From contig NC_081400.1 of the NCBI RefSeq assembly GCF_030684315.1, positions 3,651,795 to 3,715,794 on the forward strand: a DNA stretch of 64,000 nucleotides, read 5' to 3'. The position numbers and the translations under genes are program-made. The stretch comes from Stegostoma tigrinum. Its lineage: Eukaryota. The notes under the pieces were generated by a model, which was given only the letters and a program-made list of their open reading frames with translations, was not told where the DNA came from and searched no databases. Positions 24,290-36,232 of this stretch are shown here, piece after piece. Every line of letters begins with the position of its first letter. The first letter of the stretch is position 1.

Positions 24290-27200
24290 TTGCACGTAAA
24301 TGTGTTTGTGTCCATATTGGCTGTGTGCAATTGTCGATATCTCTGAGTTTATGCCATTACCTATAGGCATATGGATCTATCCATATACACGTGAATGTAT
24401 AGCTGTGAGGACATGTCTGTGTTTTTATGTCTGAGTGTATGGATGCTTGAGCGTACATGGATTTGCTTGTAAGTACGTTAATGTGTATATTAGGGGTGTG
24501 TATGCGTCACTGTCTTGAGTATATATTCAGGCCTGAGTATATGGATCTGCGTATATATGTGTTATGTGTGGGATAATTTCTTTATTCATGATGAGCGGGT
24601 CACTGTCCAGGCAGCATTTACCACCCGTCCCTAATTGCCAAGAGGACAGTTAAGAATCGAACACATTGCTGTGGATCTGGAGTCACATCTAGGTGAGACT
24701 AGGTAAGAATGGCAGTTTTCTAACATCAAGGACATCAGTGAACCAGACGGGTTTTTTTCCAAAAATCGACAATGGATTCACAGTCATCATTAGACTCTTA
24801 ATTCCAGATATTTATTGAATTCAAATTCCACCAGCTATCCTAGTAAAATTCGAACCCAGATCCCCAGAAGATTGACTGAGTGTCTGGAATGACAGTCCAG
24901 CAGTAACATCACTCGGCCATCACCTCCCCCGTGTATGCAGAGCAAATAGAAAGTGCAAGAGAAACTCAACAGGTCTGACAGCATTTGTAGAGAAAGAAAT
25001 ACAGTTAAAGCTTCGAGCCTGTTTTGACCCTTCTTCAGAACTGTGCTGTGCATGTTTGTTTTAGTTGTCTGATTATGTATATATGTGTGTGCATGTATCT
25101 ATATTTCAGTATATGCGTATATCCATGTGTTTATGTCTGTATAGAATCCATATATATTCGTTTGTATGCGTTTATATGCTTCTGCTTATATATTTCTGTG
25201 CTTGTGTGTATATACACGTGCATATATAAATATTTGTGTGTTTATGTGTCTCTGTGGATAAAAGTGTACATATGTATTTCTCTATATGCATGTATATGTG
25301 TAAATATGTATAAATATCTGCATAATAAGTGTGTGTATGTGTGAGATAGGGAGTGTGCGAGTTATTGAATGCGTGAGTCAGTAAGTGTGCTCGTGAATGC
25401 GAGAGAGTTTGTTGAGTGTGAGATAGTGCATGCATGCGAATTACTGAATGCATGAGATAGTGAGCTGAGTGTGTGAGAGTTAGTGACTGTGTTTGAGTTA
25501 GTGTGGGTTAGCAAGTGTGTGAGAATTAAACTGTGAGAGTTAGTGGGCGAGTGAGTGCATGATAATATGAACGAATTAGTGGGAGTGGGAGTGAGTGAGC
25601 ATATCAAATAGTGAGAGCAGTCCATTTAAGTATTAAGGTAATTTAATATTGCTGATTGGTGCTGATGGGGACTTGTGCCTGTGGATAGTTCCTCAGGTTA
25701 TCGACCATGTCTGCATAACATCTTTGAATCGGAGACCAATGCGTATTGAGAGAGAGGCCATTCAGACCATCACATTAGTGCCAGCTCTTTGAAGACCACT
25801 CCCCACAGCCCTGCAATCCTGAGCCCTTAATTCACAATTTGATTTCCCTTGGCAATAACTTGGGTTGGAATCAGCTCCCACCCTTGAAAGATCTTAGAAA
25901 GGCTTACACTGTCAGGTCTTGGGAGCAAGAAACTGCCAAGGAGTAAAATTGCCTGCGATTTGGGAATGGTTGGGAGGGATGAACTTGCCAGCTAAATGCG
26001 TTCAGCCCAGTCACTTCCCTCATACAATTCTCCTGAACTCTCCCTTTCTCCGTCTGCAATACCCTGAAGAAGTTAGTTCTAGTTTTGAGTCACAGTTTAA
26101 ATCTCCTGTGTCAGGTAACCCTCTGAGTTTGAAGTCTCGCTGAAAATGGACGGCTAGAAAAGTGACACTTCACAATCACTTAACTCAGAGGGTCTCTTCT
26201 GTGCCCAGAGATTTGAAGCTTGGAGGAGATGCTGATTGGAACAGGCTTCATCTGTATAAACGGGATTAACGTTAGGGTTAGGGTTAGGGGTTAGCATTAT
26301 CATTAGGGTTAGCGTTAGGATTAAGGTTAGGGTAGGGTAAATTAGGATTGGGGTTAGAGGTAGCCTTAGGGCTCAGGTTTAGGGTAGGTTTAGGGTTTGA
26401 TTTAAAGGTAGGTTTAGTGTTAGAGTTAGTGTTGGGGTTAGGGTTAGCTTTAGGGTTGGAATTAAAGGTAGGTTTAGTGTTAGGATTAGGGTTAGGGTTA
26501 GCTTCAGCGTAAGGGCTAGAGTTGCCATTAGGATTTGTGTTAATGTTAGGATTAGTCTTAAGGTAGGGTTAGGTATAAGACTAGGGTAGAATTAGGATTA
26601 GGGTTATTATTAGGATTAGGGTAGAGTTAGGTTTAGGGCCGTGTTTAGGATTTGTGTAAGGCTAGGAGCAGGGTTAGGATTAGGGTTAAAGATAGGATTA
26701 GGACTGGGACTGGGGTTTATTTAGGTTGGGATTAGGATTATGTTTAGAGTTAGGACTAAGGTTAGATTTACAGTCAGGGTCAGGGTTAGGATCAGGGTTA
26801 TGTTTAGGGTTAAGATTAGGAGTAAAATTCGGGTAGGGTATGAATAGGGTTAGGGTTAAAATTAGGGTTAGGATTAGGGTTCAGAATAGGCTTAGTTTAG
26901 GGCTATGGTCAGGGCTAGTGTTAGAGCAGAGAGTATGCACTGAGACAACCGTTGGCAAGAATCTTTTGTCCGGCTTTATCTAACTGGTGTTGTTCCCAAT
27001 TCTGTGTTCTCCCAGTGAGAAAGGATGTGAAGATTTCAGAGAGAGAGAAGGACATGGAGATGAGGAACCTCAAATCCAAGGGTAGACCAGGGAAGCTGAG
27101 GCAGCTTTCCCTGGAGAAGACAAGGCCAGATTTCATAGGGGAACATAAGATGATTCATAAAAGAAGTAATTGGGGTCATTTTCTGTAGCCAGTGGTTAGG

Positions 27201-30200
27201 GTCTGCACCTGGAGTATGGAGGTCAATTGTTCAATTGAATGTTCAATTGGTGGGTTCTCGAGGCAGTATCTAAAAGGAGGTAGTTGGTAGGACTTTATGG
27301 GCAGTTTGGGATGGTAGTGGTGCATGGTAGAAGTCTAGGGAACGGTATAAGATGCTCTTGTGGGCAACTAGTTTGGTCTCAATGGGCTGAGAGGCCTCTT
27401 TGTGCTCTATTAAGGCTCTACTGTCCTCTAAATCTTTAGTGGAAGTAATTAAAAATGACCTATTCAAAGAAACAAGTACACACGCACGCACGCACACACA
27501 CACACGCACACACATACACACACACTACAAGACCTAATAAAATTAGATAAATTAGGCATTCATCCCATTGGGTCTGCTCTGTCATTCGATCATGCCTGAT
27601 ATGCTTCTTAAGCATATCTTGGTCCCATTATCGCTCAAGAACCTATCTATCTCTGCGTTAAATACAGTCAATAATTTGGTCTCCACAACCCTCTGCAGCA
27701 ATGAGTTCCACAGTTTCTTCAACTTCTGACTGAAGAAATTCCTTTTCATCTCAGTTCTAAAGGGGAATCTCTTCACTCTGGGGCTGTGCTCAATTCCTAG
27801 TTTCTCCTACTAGCGTAGACATCTTCTCCAGATCCACTCTATCCAGGTTTCTCAGTATTCTGTAATTTTCAATCAGATCAATCCCACCGGATTATCCTAA
27901 AGGCCGAGTACCGACCTAGAGTCCTCAACTTCCCGTCATTTGACAAGCTCCTCATCCCTGGGATCATTCTTGCAAACCTCCCATGGACTGCTTCCAACAT
28001 CAGCTCACCCTTTCTTAGATAGGGGGCCCAACACTGCTCATAGTATTCCAAATATGATCTGACCACACAGGCTTAGCAGTGCATCTGTGCTCTTGCATTC
28101 TAGCTCTCTCGAAATGGAAGCTGGAATTGCACTTGCCTTCCTAAACACCAACTAAACCTGTATGTTAACCTTAAGAAAATCCTGAACTCGACCTCCCACA
28201 TCTCTTTGTGCTTCAGATTTCCAAAGCCTTTCATCATTTAAAAAAAAGCCTATGCCTCTATTCTTCTGATCAAAGTGCATAACCTCACACTTTCCCACTT
28301 TATATTCCATTTGCCATTTCTTACCCACTCCCCTAGCTTGTCCAAATCCTTCAGCAGCCTCCCCCCTCCCTCAACACTACCTGTGCCTCCATCTATCTGG
28401 ATGTTTAAGATCAATGCTCGCGGAGTTCTGAGGTCCTGGTTTTCGGGAAGGAGCAAGGATAGGTTGTGGGATTTTCCAAAAGGAGGCCAGGGATGGGAAG
28501 AGGGCTATGAGTCACTTTGGTTCATGTAGAGAGAGAGAGTGTGGGGGGTGGCAGAAAGAAAGGTAAGGAGAAGCTGGGATCTTTCTCCCCAGAGCGGAGA
28601 GGATTAAGAGGGAAGAGGAGAAATTGAATGAGGGAGGAGAGGTGAGAGGAGGTTTCCCTGCCAAGAAGCTAGCGGAGCACGACGAGGAGAATGGCCTCAT
28701 TCCGTCCTTCATCCGTCTAATATTCTGTTTACTCATAACTGTTCTTGTTTTGCAATTACGGACAAGTCCGGATCTGAAGTGACAAAGACGGTCATTCACC
28801 CAATCCCCATCTCACCGCTGTGTTGGTTACACATGGTTGATTTATACTGCATTTCAGCAGACCCCGTCCCCACTTCAGTCGCCCCCACCCTGGGTCGGAA
28901 GGGGTCAAGATTGACTCAAGTATTCCGGGAGTACAATGATTTGATGACTAAAGCGTTCTCTTATGCCTTCAGGATGGTGCAGCCAGGCGTTTCCTTACGT
29001 TACAGCAGCCTCAGTTGTAGTGGCTCTCGTGCTGATGCTCTTGATCATTTGGATTTGCAGAAGGCGAAGATCAGGTGAGAACCACTGCTTATAGGGGACC
29101 TGTTCACTTCCCACTTGCTCTCCGTTACTAATTCCAAGTTTTGTTTTTTGCTTTACTCCTGCAGGAAAAGGCAGGAGATCCCACCGTGAAAAGTGAGTAT
29201 CTGATCCATTTGCAAAGTTCACAACCTAGAGTCGGCGTCTTAAACCCCAACACCAAGTTCCTTCCCAGATTGACTCTGAGACCCCGTTCGGCTCTTTCCG
29301 CTACCCGAGTGCGGACCTACATGAATAAATCTTGCCCTGTTTTTGCCCCCCTCGCAGTTTTCGCCTGACGGAGATGTCGCAAAACGGAGGAAAGGGTCAG
29401 CGACATTCCGGTGAGTGGAGTTGAAATCTTGGGGACGTTTGAACATTCAATGGGGAGTGCATTTCCCACTGATAGGCTGTTTTGTGAAGTCTCTCATGCG
29501 TTGGCCCCTTAAATCATTAGCCATTAACGATAGCAGTGGCATTATGTCTATTTTCGCATTAGTACCGGCTGAAATATAGTTATTTATAGCAAAATCATTA
29601 AATTTATTTATAAGTGCGAGCTGTAGGAACATATTTATTATTTATTCCATCAGTAACATTGTGTTTATTTTTATTATGTTTTCACATAAGTATCAGCAGA
29701 AATTTATACTTAATTGTAAAACTCAACAGTAGCTTTATATTATTTAAAACATTCAGCAGTGACATTGTGTTTATTCACAAATACAAACACTAATATTGCA
29801 TTTTCTTATAAAAAAAACACCAGCAGTAATATATTTATTCATAATAAGAAGCATTCCATTTATTTATGTATATCAGCAGTAAGGTGATATTTATAAATAG
29901 AAGCAGTAATATTAAGTTTATTTATATATAACAGCAGCAATATCATATGTATCTGTAAATACCAGCAGTAATGTTATATTTATTCATATTCAATAACATT
30001 GCATTTAATTATACAGACAAGCAATAATGTCATATTTAGTTATAAATGCATTCAGTAACATTGCACTTAATTATAAATACAAGCAGTAATGTTATATTTA
30101 GTCGTAAATATATTCAGTAACATTGTATCTACTTATAAGTACAAGCAATAATGTTATATTTATTCTTAAGTACATGCATTAACATTGCATTTAATTATTA

Positions 30201-33200
30201 ATGCCAGCAATAATGTCATATTTATTCATAAATATATGTAGTAACATTTTGTTTAATTATAAATATCAGCTGTAATGTTATATTTGTTTCTAAACACCAG
30301 CATCATATTCTTTTTATCTATAAAGACTAGCAGTTATGGTGTGTTTATTCATAGTAATATTATATTTAATTATAAATACCAGCAGTAATAAAATATGTAT
30401 TAGTAAATAGAAGCAGTAACATTGCACTTATTTTTTTAATAACAGCAGTAAAGTTATATTTCTTTATAAATACAAGAAACAATCCTATATTTATTTATAA
30501 ATACCAACAGTATCAGTGTAGTTGTTTGTGAAAACCAGCAGTGATGTCATATATATTTTAAATACCAACATTAGTGTTATATTTATCATTTCAAATAGTA
30601 ATATTGCAGTTGTTTGTAAATATTATAAGTAACATTATAATTATTGATTAATACCAGCAGCAATGTTATATATTTATGTATTAACAACAGTGGTAACATT
30701 ATTCTCATCTAGTAATACCATTAATAAAAGAATATTTAATTAATATTTATTAATCATTGCTAATTTAATTAATTCTTGAGATGAAAAACTTGTCAGATGA
30801 AGAGATATTGAGTAGTTTAGGCTTATAGTCACTGGAGGTTAGAAGTATGAGAGGAGATCTCATTGAGGTATACAAGATGCTAAATATGATGGACAAAGTG
30901 GACGTGTAGAGGACGTTTAGCCTTGTGTAATTTGGAACAAGGCATCACAGCTTTAGGCTGAGAAGTGGCAGATTTAAAACAGAGATGTGGAGTATTTATT
31001 TCCCTGAAAGGGTAGTGAATCTGTGGAATTCACTGCCCGAGAATACGGTGCATGTTGGGGCACTGCATAAATTAAGAAAGGAGTAAACATTTTTCTTTTA
31101 ATTTGTAACTGCTTAAAGGCTTATGGAAAGCAAACAGGAGAGTGGGGTTGAGGCCAAGAAGGGATCAGCCATGATTATACATAAACGACAGAGCAGCATT
31201 GGAAGACTGACTGAATGGCCTCCTCCTGCTCCTAGTTCTTATTCAGTGAGAAAGATCAACAGTCATATGATATAGATTTATTTGTTTATTTGACAACTGT
31301 AAATTCCCAATGCCAAGTGATCTGATTAGTATTGCCTCTAGCACTGCATATGTGAATCCTGGGTTTGTAGTGAGACCCGAATGGTAGAGCTTAGCCACTC
31401 AGGGAAGGGCAAATCATGCCCTTCCATGTATTGGCAAACTGAATTTGAGGAAATATTGGAATATTGTGGAACAATAGAGTATTTAGGAAACATTGAAGTA
31501 TTGAGGGAATGTTACAGCTTTATGAGATTATTGTTGTATTGAGAGAATATTGAGGGAACATTGAGGTATCGTGGGAGTATTGGAGAACTGAGGGAACATT
31601 GGAGTTTTGAGGGAAGTGTTATATTGAAAGAATATTTTACATTGATAAAATATTAGACTATTGTGGGAATATTGATGTACAGAGGAGATATTGCTGTAAT
31701 GTGGGACCATTTGAATATTAAGAGAACGTTGGTGAATAGACTGAATATCGGGATATTGCGGGAACATTGCTGTGTTGCGGGAATATTTGAGAGTTCAGGG
31801 TATATTGGAGTTTAGAGGGAACAGTAAAATGTTGAAAGAATATTGCTGCATTGAAAGAATATTGGAGTAGTGGGTAGATATTACTGTGTTTAGAGAATGT
31901 TGGAGCATTGAAACTAGATCGCCGCATTCAGAGGATATTGCTGAATATGAGAATATTGGTGTACTGAGGGGATGTTGATGTATTGAGGAGATATTTCTAT
32001 TGTGTAGTGTCTCTTGAAGATCAAAGAGGCGATCTTTCTGTTGCACTTCAGAAGATGGAAGCAATATTAAGTGAATACTTCGCGTCTGTTTTTGCAAGAA
32101 GTGGAGGCTAGGGAACTCAGGGGAAAAATATTGATGTGTTGAAACAAGTTCATATTACAGGAGAAGTGTTGGAGATCTTAGAAAATATAAAAGTGGATAA
32201 ATTTTTCGGACCTGATCAAGAGTATCCCAGGAAGTTGTGGGAAGTTATTGATGAAATTTCAGGGACTCTTGCAGAAATATTTGTATCATCTACAAGTACA
32301 GGTGGGGTGCCAAATGACTAGAGAGTAAGTAACATTGTGCCTTTGTTTAAGGAGAGATGTGAGGAGAAACCTGGAATATATAGACCTGTGAATCTGACTT
32401 TGCTGGTGTGTAAATTGCTGGAAGTGATCCTGAAAAATAGGAGTTATATGCATTTAAGGATAGTCACCATAGTTTTGGGTGAGGGAAATCATGTCTGATA
32501 AACTTGATTGAGTTTTTTTGAGGAAGCAACCAAGAAGACTAATGAGGGCAGAGCAGTAGATATTGTTTACTTGGATTTTAGTAAAGCCTTTCACAAGATT
32601 CCATATGGTAGATGTTGAAGCTATTAATATAGTCGCACACTGGAGCGTTAGGCTTCAAGGTAAAGAGGCTTTATTAGGTGATATCACGGGGAGCTAACAC
32701 TGACAAAAGGCCAGGACTGTAGTCTTCAATGAGTACAAAAACAAGCCAATACTTATACGCACTGTGAAAGATTGAGACAACTGATGCAGTCAGATAAGCA
32801 TGTACACAGTTTATCACATCCCCTTAAGGCAGGTCATATTTCATGTCAAACATCATGGTTCCACAACTTGTGGTTGCTCATAGTTTATCTTTAAGCTTTG
32901 GGCCAACATTGAACAACAGGTTCTAAGCTTCCTGCAGATATGCAACAATTTGTTGAGGTTGTACAGGACATAAGTGAGGCTTCTTCTGGAGTACTGTGTC
33001 TAGCTCTAGTTTCCTTGTTATAAGAAGGATGTTATTAAGCTAGAGAGGGTTCAGAAGAGATTTACCAGGATGTTGTCAGGATTGGAGGATCTGAATCATA
33101 AGGTGAGATTGGATAGGCTGGAAGCCCTCTCACTGGAATGTAAGAGCTTGAGAGATGATCTTGTAGAGCTTTATTAAATCATGAAGGACCATGATAAGGT

Positions 33201-36200
33201 GAATGGCCGGTGTCTTTTCCTTAAGGTGGGGGATTTGTTACATATCTCTTACTTGACCTATTTTCCCATCATTCCAACCTCTGATGCTAAGCTTCAGCTA
33301 CATTCTACATCTAATTAGTCTTGACACTTCAATTATTCTTTCACAGTAGGCTAATTAGTAAAGTTAGACCACTTGGGATTCAGGGTGAGCTTGCCAATTG
33401 GATACAAAATTTGCTCAACAGTAGGAGGCGGAGAGTAATGGTGGAGAGTTGTTTTTTGGACTGGAGGCTTGTGACCAGCGGTGTTCCACTGGGATCAGTG
33501 CTGGGTCCATTTTTGTTAGTCATTTATATAAATGATTTACAAGAGACTATACAAAGCATGGTTGGTAAGTTTGCAGATGGCAGCAAGATTGGTGGTTTAG
33601 TGGATAGAGAAGAAGATTATTTAAAATTACATAGAGTTCTTTATCAATTGGGTCAATGGGCTGAGGAGTCGCAGATGAAGTTTAATTTGAGCTGTTACTA
33701 GGTATTGCATTTTTCTAAAACAAACAAAAATGTAAGACCTTGGGTTGTGTTGTAGAACAGGGAGACAGAGGGGTTCAGGTGCATAATTCTTTGAAGTTTG
33801 TATCACATAAGGACGGGGTGGTTAAGAAGACATTTAGCATGTTTGCTTTTATGGCTCAGACTTCTGAGTGTAGGAGTTGAGACACCATGTTGAGGTTGTA
33901 CAGGACATAAGTGAGGCCTCTTCTGGAGGACTTGCGTCTAGCTCTAGTTTCCTTGCCACAAGAAGGATGCTATTAAGCTGGAGAGGGTTCAGAAGAGACT
34001 TACCGATATGTTGTCAGGATTGGAGGATCTGAATCATAAGGAGAGATTGGACAGGCTGGGAGCCTTCTCACTGGAATGTAGGAGCTTGAGAGATGACCTT
34101 GTAGAGGTTTATAAGATCATGTAGGGTGAATGGCCGGTATCCTTTCCCTAGAGTGGGGGATTTCAAGACTAGGGGGCATATTGTTATGGTGAGATGAAAA
34201 CGATTTTAAAAAGGCATGAGGGGCATTTTTTTTATTACAGAGAGAGTGGTTTGTGTGTGGAATTAACTTCCCGAGGCAGTGATGGATACAGTACTGGTAC
34301 GCCATTTAAAAGATACTTAAATGAACAATAAATAAGAAATGTTTAGAGGGATATGGGCCAAGCACAGGCAGGTGGGACTAGTTTAATTTGGGATTTTGGT
34401 TAGCATGGATTGGTTGGACCAAAAGGTCTGTTTCCATACTGTATGACTCTATGAGCACATTGGGAAATTACCACTGATTCGGTGAGGTCATTGACATGGA
34501 GACACCATGGGTGTACTGGGGTATTGGTACATTGACAGATCATTGGTGCATGCTTTGTCTCTGTTGAGTCCCACATTTCTCAGACCAGAATTAATTTACA
34601 TTTCACATCTTAACCATTGATACACAGGTAAAAACCATCAAACAGAAGCAAAGCGGGCAAATCCAGATGGAGCACAGGTGAGTTGATTCAGAACATCATC
34701 ATAATTCACAAGAATGTAATGATTTGGGACAACATGGTGTGGAGCTGGATGAACACAACAGGCCAAGCAGCATCAGAGGAGCAGGAAAGCTAATGTTTCA
34801 AGATAATAAAATGTGAGGCTGGATGAACACAGCAGGCCCAGCAGTGTCTCAGGAGCATAAAAGCTGACGTTTCGGTCTGATGAAGGGTCTAGGCCCGAAA
34901 CGTCAGCTTTTATGCTCCTGAGATGCTGCTGGGCCTGCTGTGTCCATCCAGCCTCACATTTTATTATCTTGGATTCTCCAGCATCTGCAGTTCCCATTAT
35001 CACTGAAGCTAATGTTTCACGTCTTTTTCTGAAGATAGGTCTAGACCCGAAGCGTCAGCTTTCCTGCTCCTCTGATGCTGCTTGGCCTGCTGTGTTCATC
35101 CAGCTCCATACCTTGTTGTCTCAGATTCCCCAGCATTGGCAGTTCCTACTGTCTCTGCAATGATTTCGGACTTTCAGTTCAAGGCGCCATCTGTTGGAAA
35201 TTTCACCCAATGACACCAGATCAATCCAGAGCAACTAGCAACTCTGAGGAGTAAATCTCACAGCTCCATAGAACTGGAATGAAAACATTGCCACAAACCT
35301 TAGCCCCAGCTGATAAACAAGGGGTGTGAAGGTTAATGGTTAGGAAAAGATGCCTGTCTCAAATTTTACTGGTGTATTTCCAAATGCCTGTGTCTCTCTG
35401 TCACATCTCTCGTTTAATGCTGCTCTTTCACCTTTTTAACTGTGCACTGATACTAAACACACAGCATTCTCACTTCCAAACTCCCCCATCAAACATTTGG
35501 TTAATAGTGAGATTATAATGAGGATTCAGATTCCAGCAGTTACACAGGGCTATGCCTGAGGGTCTGTACTGGAACTCCCCCTCCCCCTCCATTCCTCACA
35601 GTGCCACATTGTCAGAGGGTCAGTGCTGAGGGAATGGGCACTGACGGATAGTCAGAACTGAGGGAGCGGGCACTGTCAGGGAGTACCGAGGGAACACCAC
35701 ACTGGCGGAATGTCAGTGCTGAGGGAGTGTCACACTGCTGGAGAGTCAGCGCTAAGGGAGCAGGCCCAGTTGGATGGTCAGCACTGAGGAAGTAAGCACT
35801 GTTGGAGGGGCATTGCTGAGGGACGGCTACACAACCGAAGGGTCAGTGCTGAGGGAATGGGCACTATTGGATGGTCAGTGCTAAGGATGACTGCACTGTT
35901 GGAGGGTCAGTGCTAAGGGAGCAGGCACTGTCAAACAGAACTGAGGGACTAGGCACAGTCAAATGACCAGTGCTGAGAGAGCTCTGCAGTGCCAGAGGGT
36001 TAGTGCTGAGGGAATACTGTTGGTGAACTCACGGGCAGAACTGGTCGCGGAACGATAGGCCGAGTCGTCTATTAGTTCCTGAAACTCAGTTGCAAGTCTG
36101 CATCATAAGACCTGAGCTGTAACTGCTTTGCATCTTGACACCTTTCCCCAGACTCCCGGTGGTCCTCTGTATGCCTCCTTGGAATTTGCTGGTCTGGAGA

Positions 36201-36232
36201 AGAGGATCAAAAAGAAGGGGGCACGCCAGTGA
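22938..36232 (+). CDS. Non-rearranging antigen-receptor-like IgSF receptor (leader-VJ-C1-TM-cytoplasmic ITIM-like), 8 exons, 341 aa; PRARP/VJC1-like
   Basis: Exons 22938-22992, 23305-23637, 23728-24051, 28973-29074, 29165-29192, 29358-29410, 34628-34677, 36152-36232; all GT-AG, compatible phases (1,1,1,1,2,1,0), total 1026 nt with no internal stop; AATAAA at 36539. Confidence 0.85.
23305..23637 (+). CDS. IgSF exon 2: V-set domain with germline-joined J-like G strand
   Basis: VGETVELEC..YFWYKQ..LEIRNVQVDDSGTYYC..QNGPKLLVG, donor G|gtaag; alternative in-phase acceptor at 23311. Confidence 0.93.
23728..24051 (+). CDS. IgSF exon 3: C1-set domain
   Basis: SVLVFVP..VPLVCLVSG..IVIFWN..EPDGTWNITSQVTV..EQWTSGALCSCVVQ; follows a 90-bp intron; donor G|gtgagt. 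Confidence 0.93.
25045..25620. repeat. (TG/TA)n low-complexity tract (also 24170-24570)
   Basis: Degenerate dinucleotide repeats. Confidence 0.85.
26266..26922 (+). repeat. Degenerate (TTAGGG)n interstitial telomere-like array
   Basis: gttagggttagggttagggg plus variants ttagga, gtaggg, tcaggg over ~650 bp. Confidence 0.85.
27555..28400 (-). mobile_element. CR1 LINE 3' fragment
   Basis: Minus-strand LEYYEQCWAPYLRK, FRTEMKRNFFSQ..LWNSL, LLKDLDKLGEW. Confidence 0.85.
28973..29074 (+). CDS. IgSF exon 4: stalk Cys and transmembrane helix
   Basis: GWCSQAFPYVTAASVVVALVLMLLIIWICRRRRS; ccttcag acceptor, G|gtgaga donor. Confidence 0.88.
29165..29192 (+). CDS. IgSF exon 5: cytoplasmic micro-exon
   Basis: Pyrimidine tract then ctgcag; GKGRRSHRE; donor gtgagt; phase 1 to 2. 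Confidence 0.78.
29358..29410 (+). CDS. IgSF exon 6: cytoplasmic
   Basis: ctcgcag acceptor; NFRLTEMSQNGGKGQRHS; donor gtgagt; phase 2 to 1. Confidence 0.78.
29540..30770. repeat. AT-rich degenerate minisatellite
   Basis: Recurrent accagcagtaatgttatatttattcataaat-like unit (~31 bp). Confidence 0.85.
30790..31242 (+). mobile_element. CR1 LINE 3' fragment
   Basis: gagaggagatctcattgaggtatacaag..gaatctgtggaattcactgcc..gaatggcctcctcctgctcct. Confidence 0.8.
31440..32000. repeat. Degenerate short-period repeat (gggaatattgga-like)
   Basis: Recurrent gaatattg/gaacattg units. Confidence 0.75.
32010..34452 (+). mobile_element. CR1 LINE, disrupted, with a nested insertion at ~32613-33310
   Basis: GPDQEYPRKLWEV, GIQGELANWIQN, SGVPLGSVLGP, KFADGSKIGG; tail tgactctatga. 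Confidence 0.88.
34628..34677 (+). CDS. IgSF exon 7: cytoplasmic
   Basis: tacacag acceptor (weak pyrimidine tract); GKNHQTEAKRANPDGAQ; donor gtgagt; phase 1 to 0 links exon 6 to exon 8. Confidence 0.68.
34730..35160. mobile_element. Nested palindromic Penelope-end elements with intact hammerhead core at 34877-34904 (+)
   Basis: Inner copy 34801-35005 flanked by 14-bp direct repeat aagctaatgtttca (34787-34800, 35006-35019). Confidence 0.8.
35184..35197 (-). promoter_or_regulatory. CTCF-like motif
   Basis: Reverse complement CCAACAGATGGCGC fits the CTCF core CCASYAGRKGGCRS with one mismatch. Confidence 0.4.
35595..36022. repeat. ~33-bp minisatellite (gagggtcagtgctgagggag..gcactgt)
   Basis: About a dozen degenerate tandem units. 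Confidence 0.85.
36152..36232 (+). CDS. IgSF exon 8: terminal exon with ITIM-like YxxL
   Basis: cctttccccag acceptor; TPGGPLYASLEFAGLEKRIKKKGARQ*. Confidence 0.8.
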   Translation, partial: TPGGPLYASLEFAGLEKRIKKKGARQ

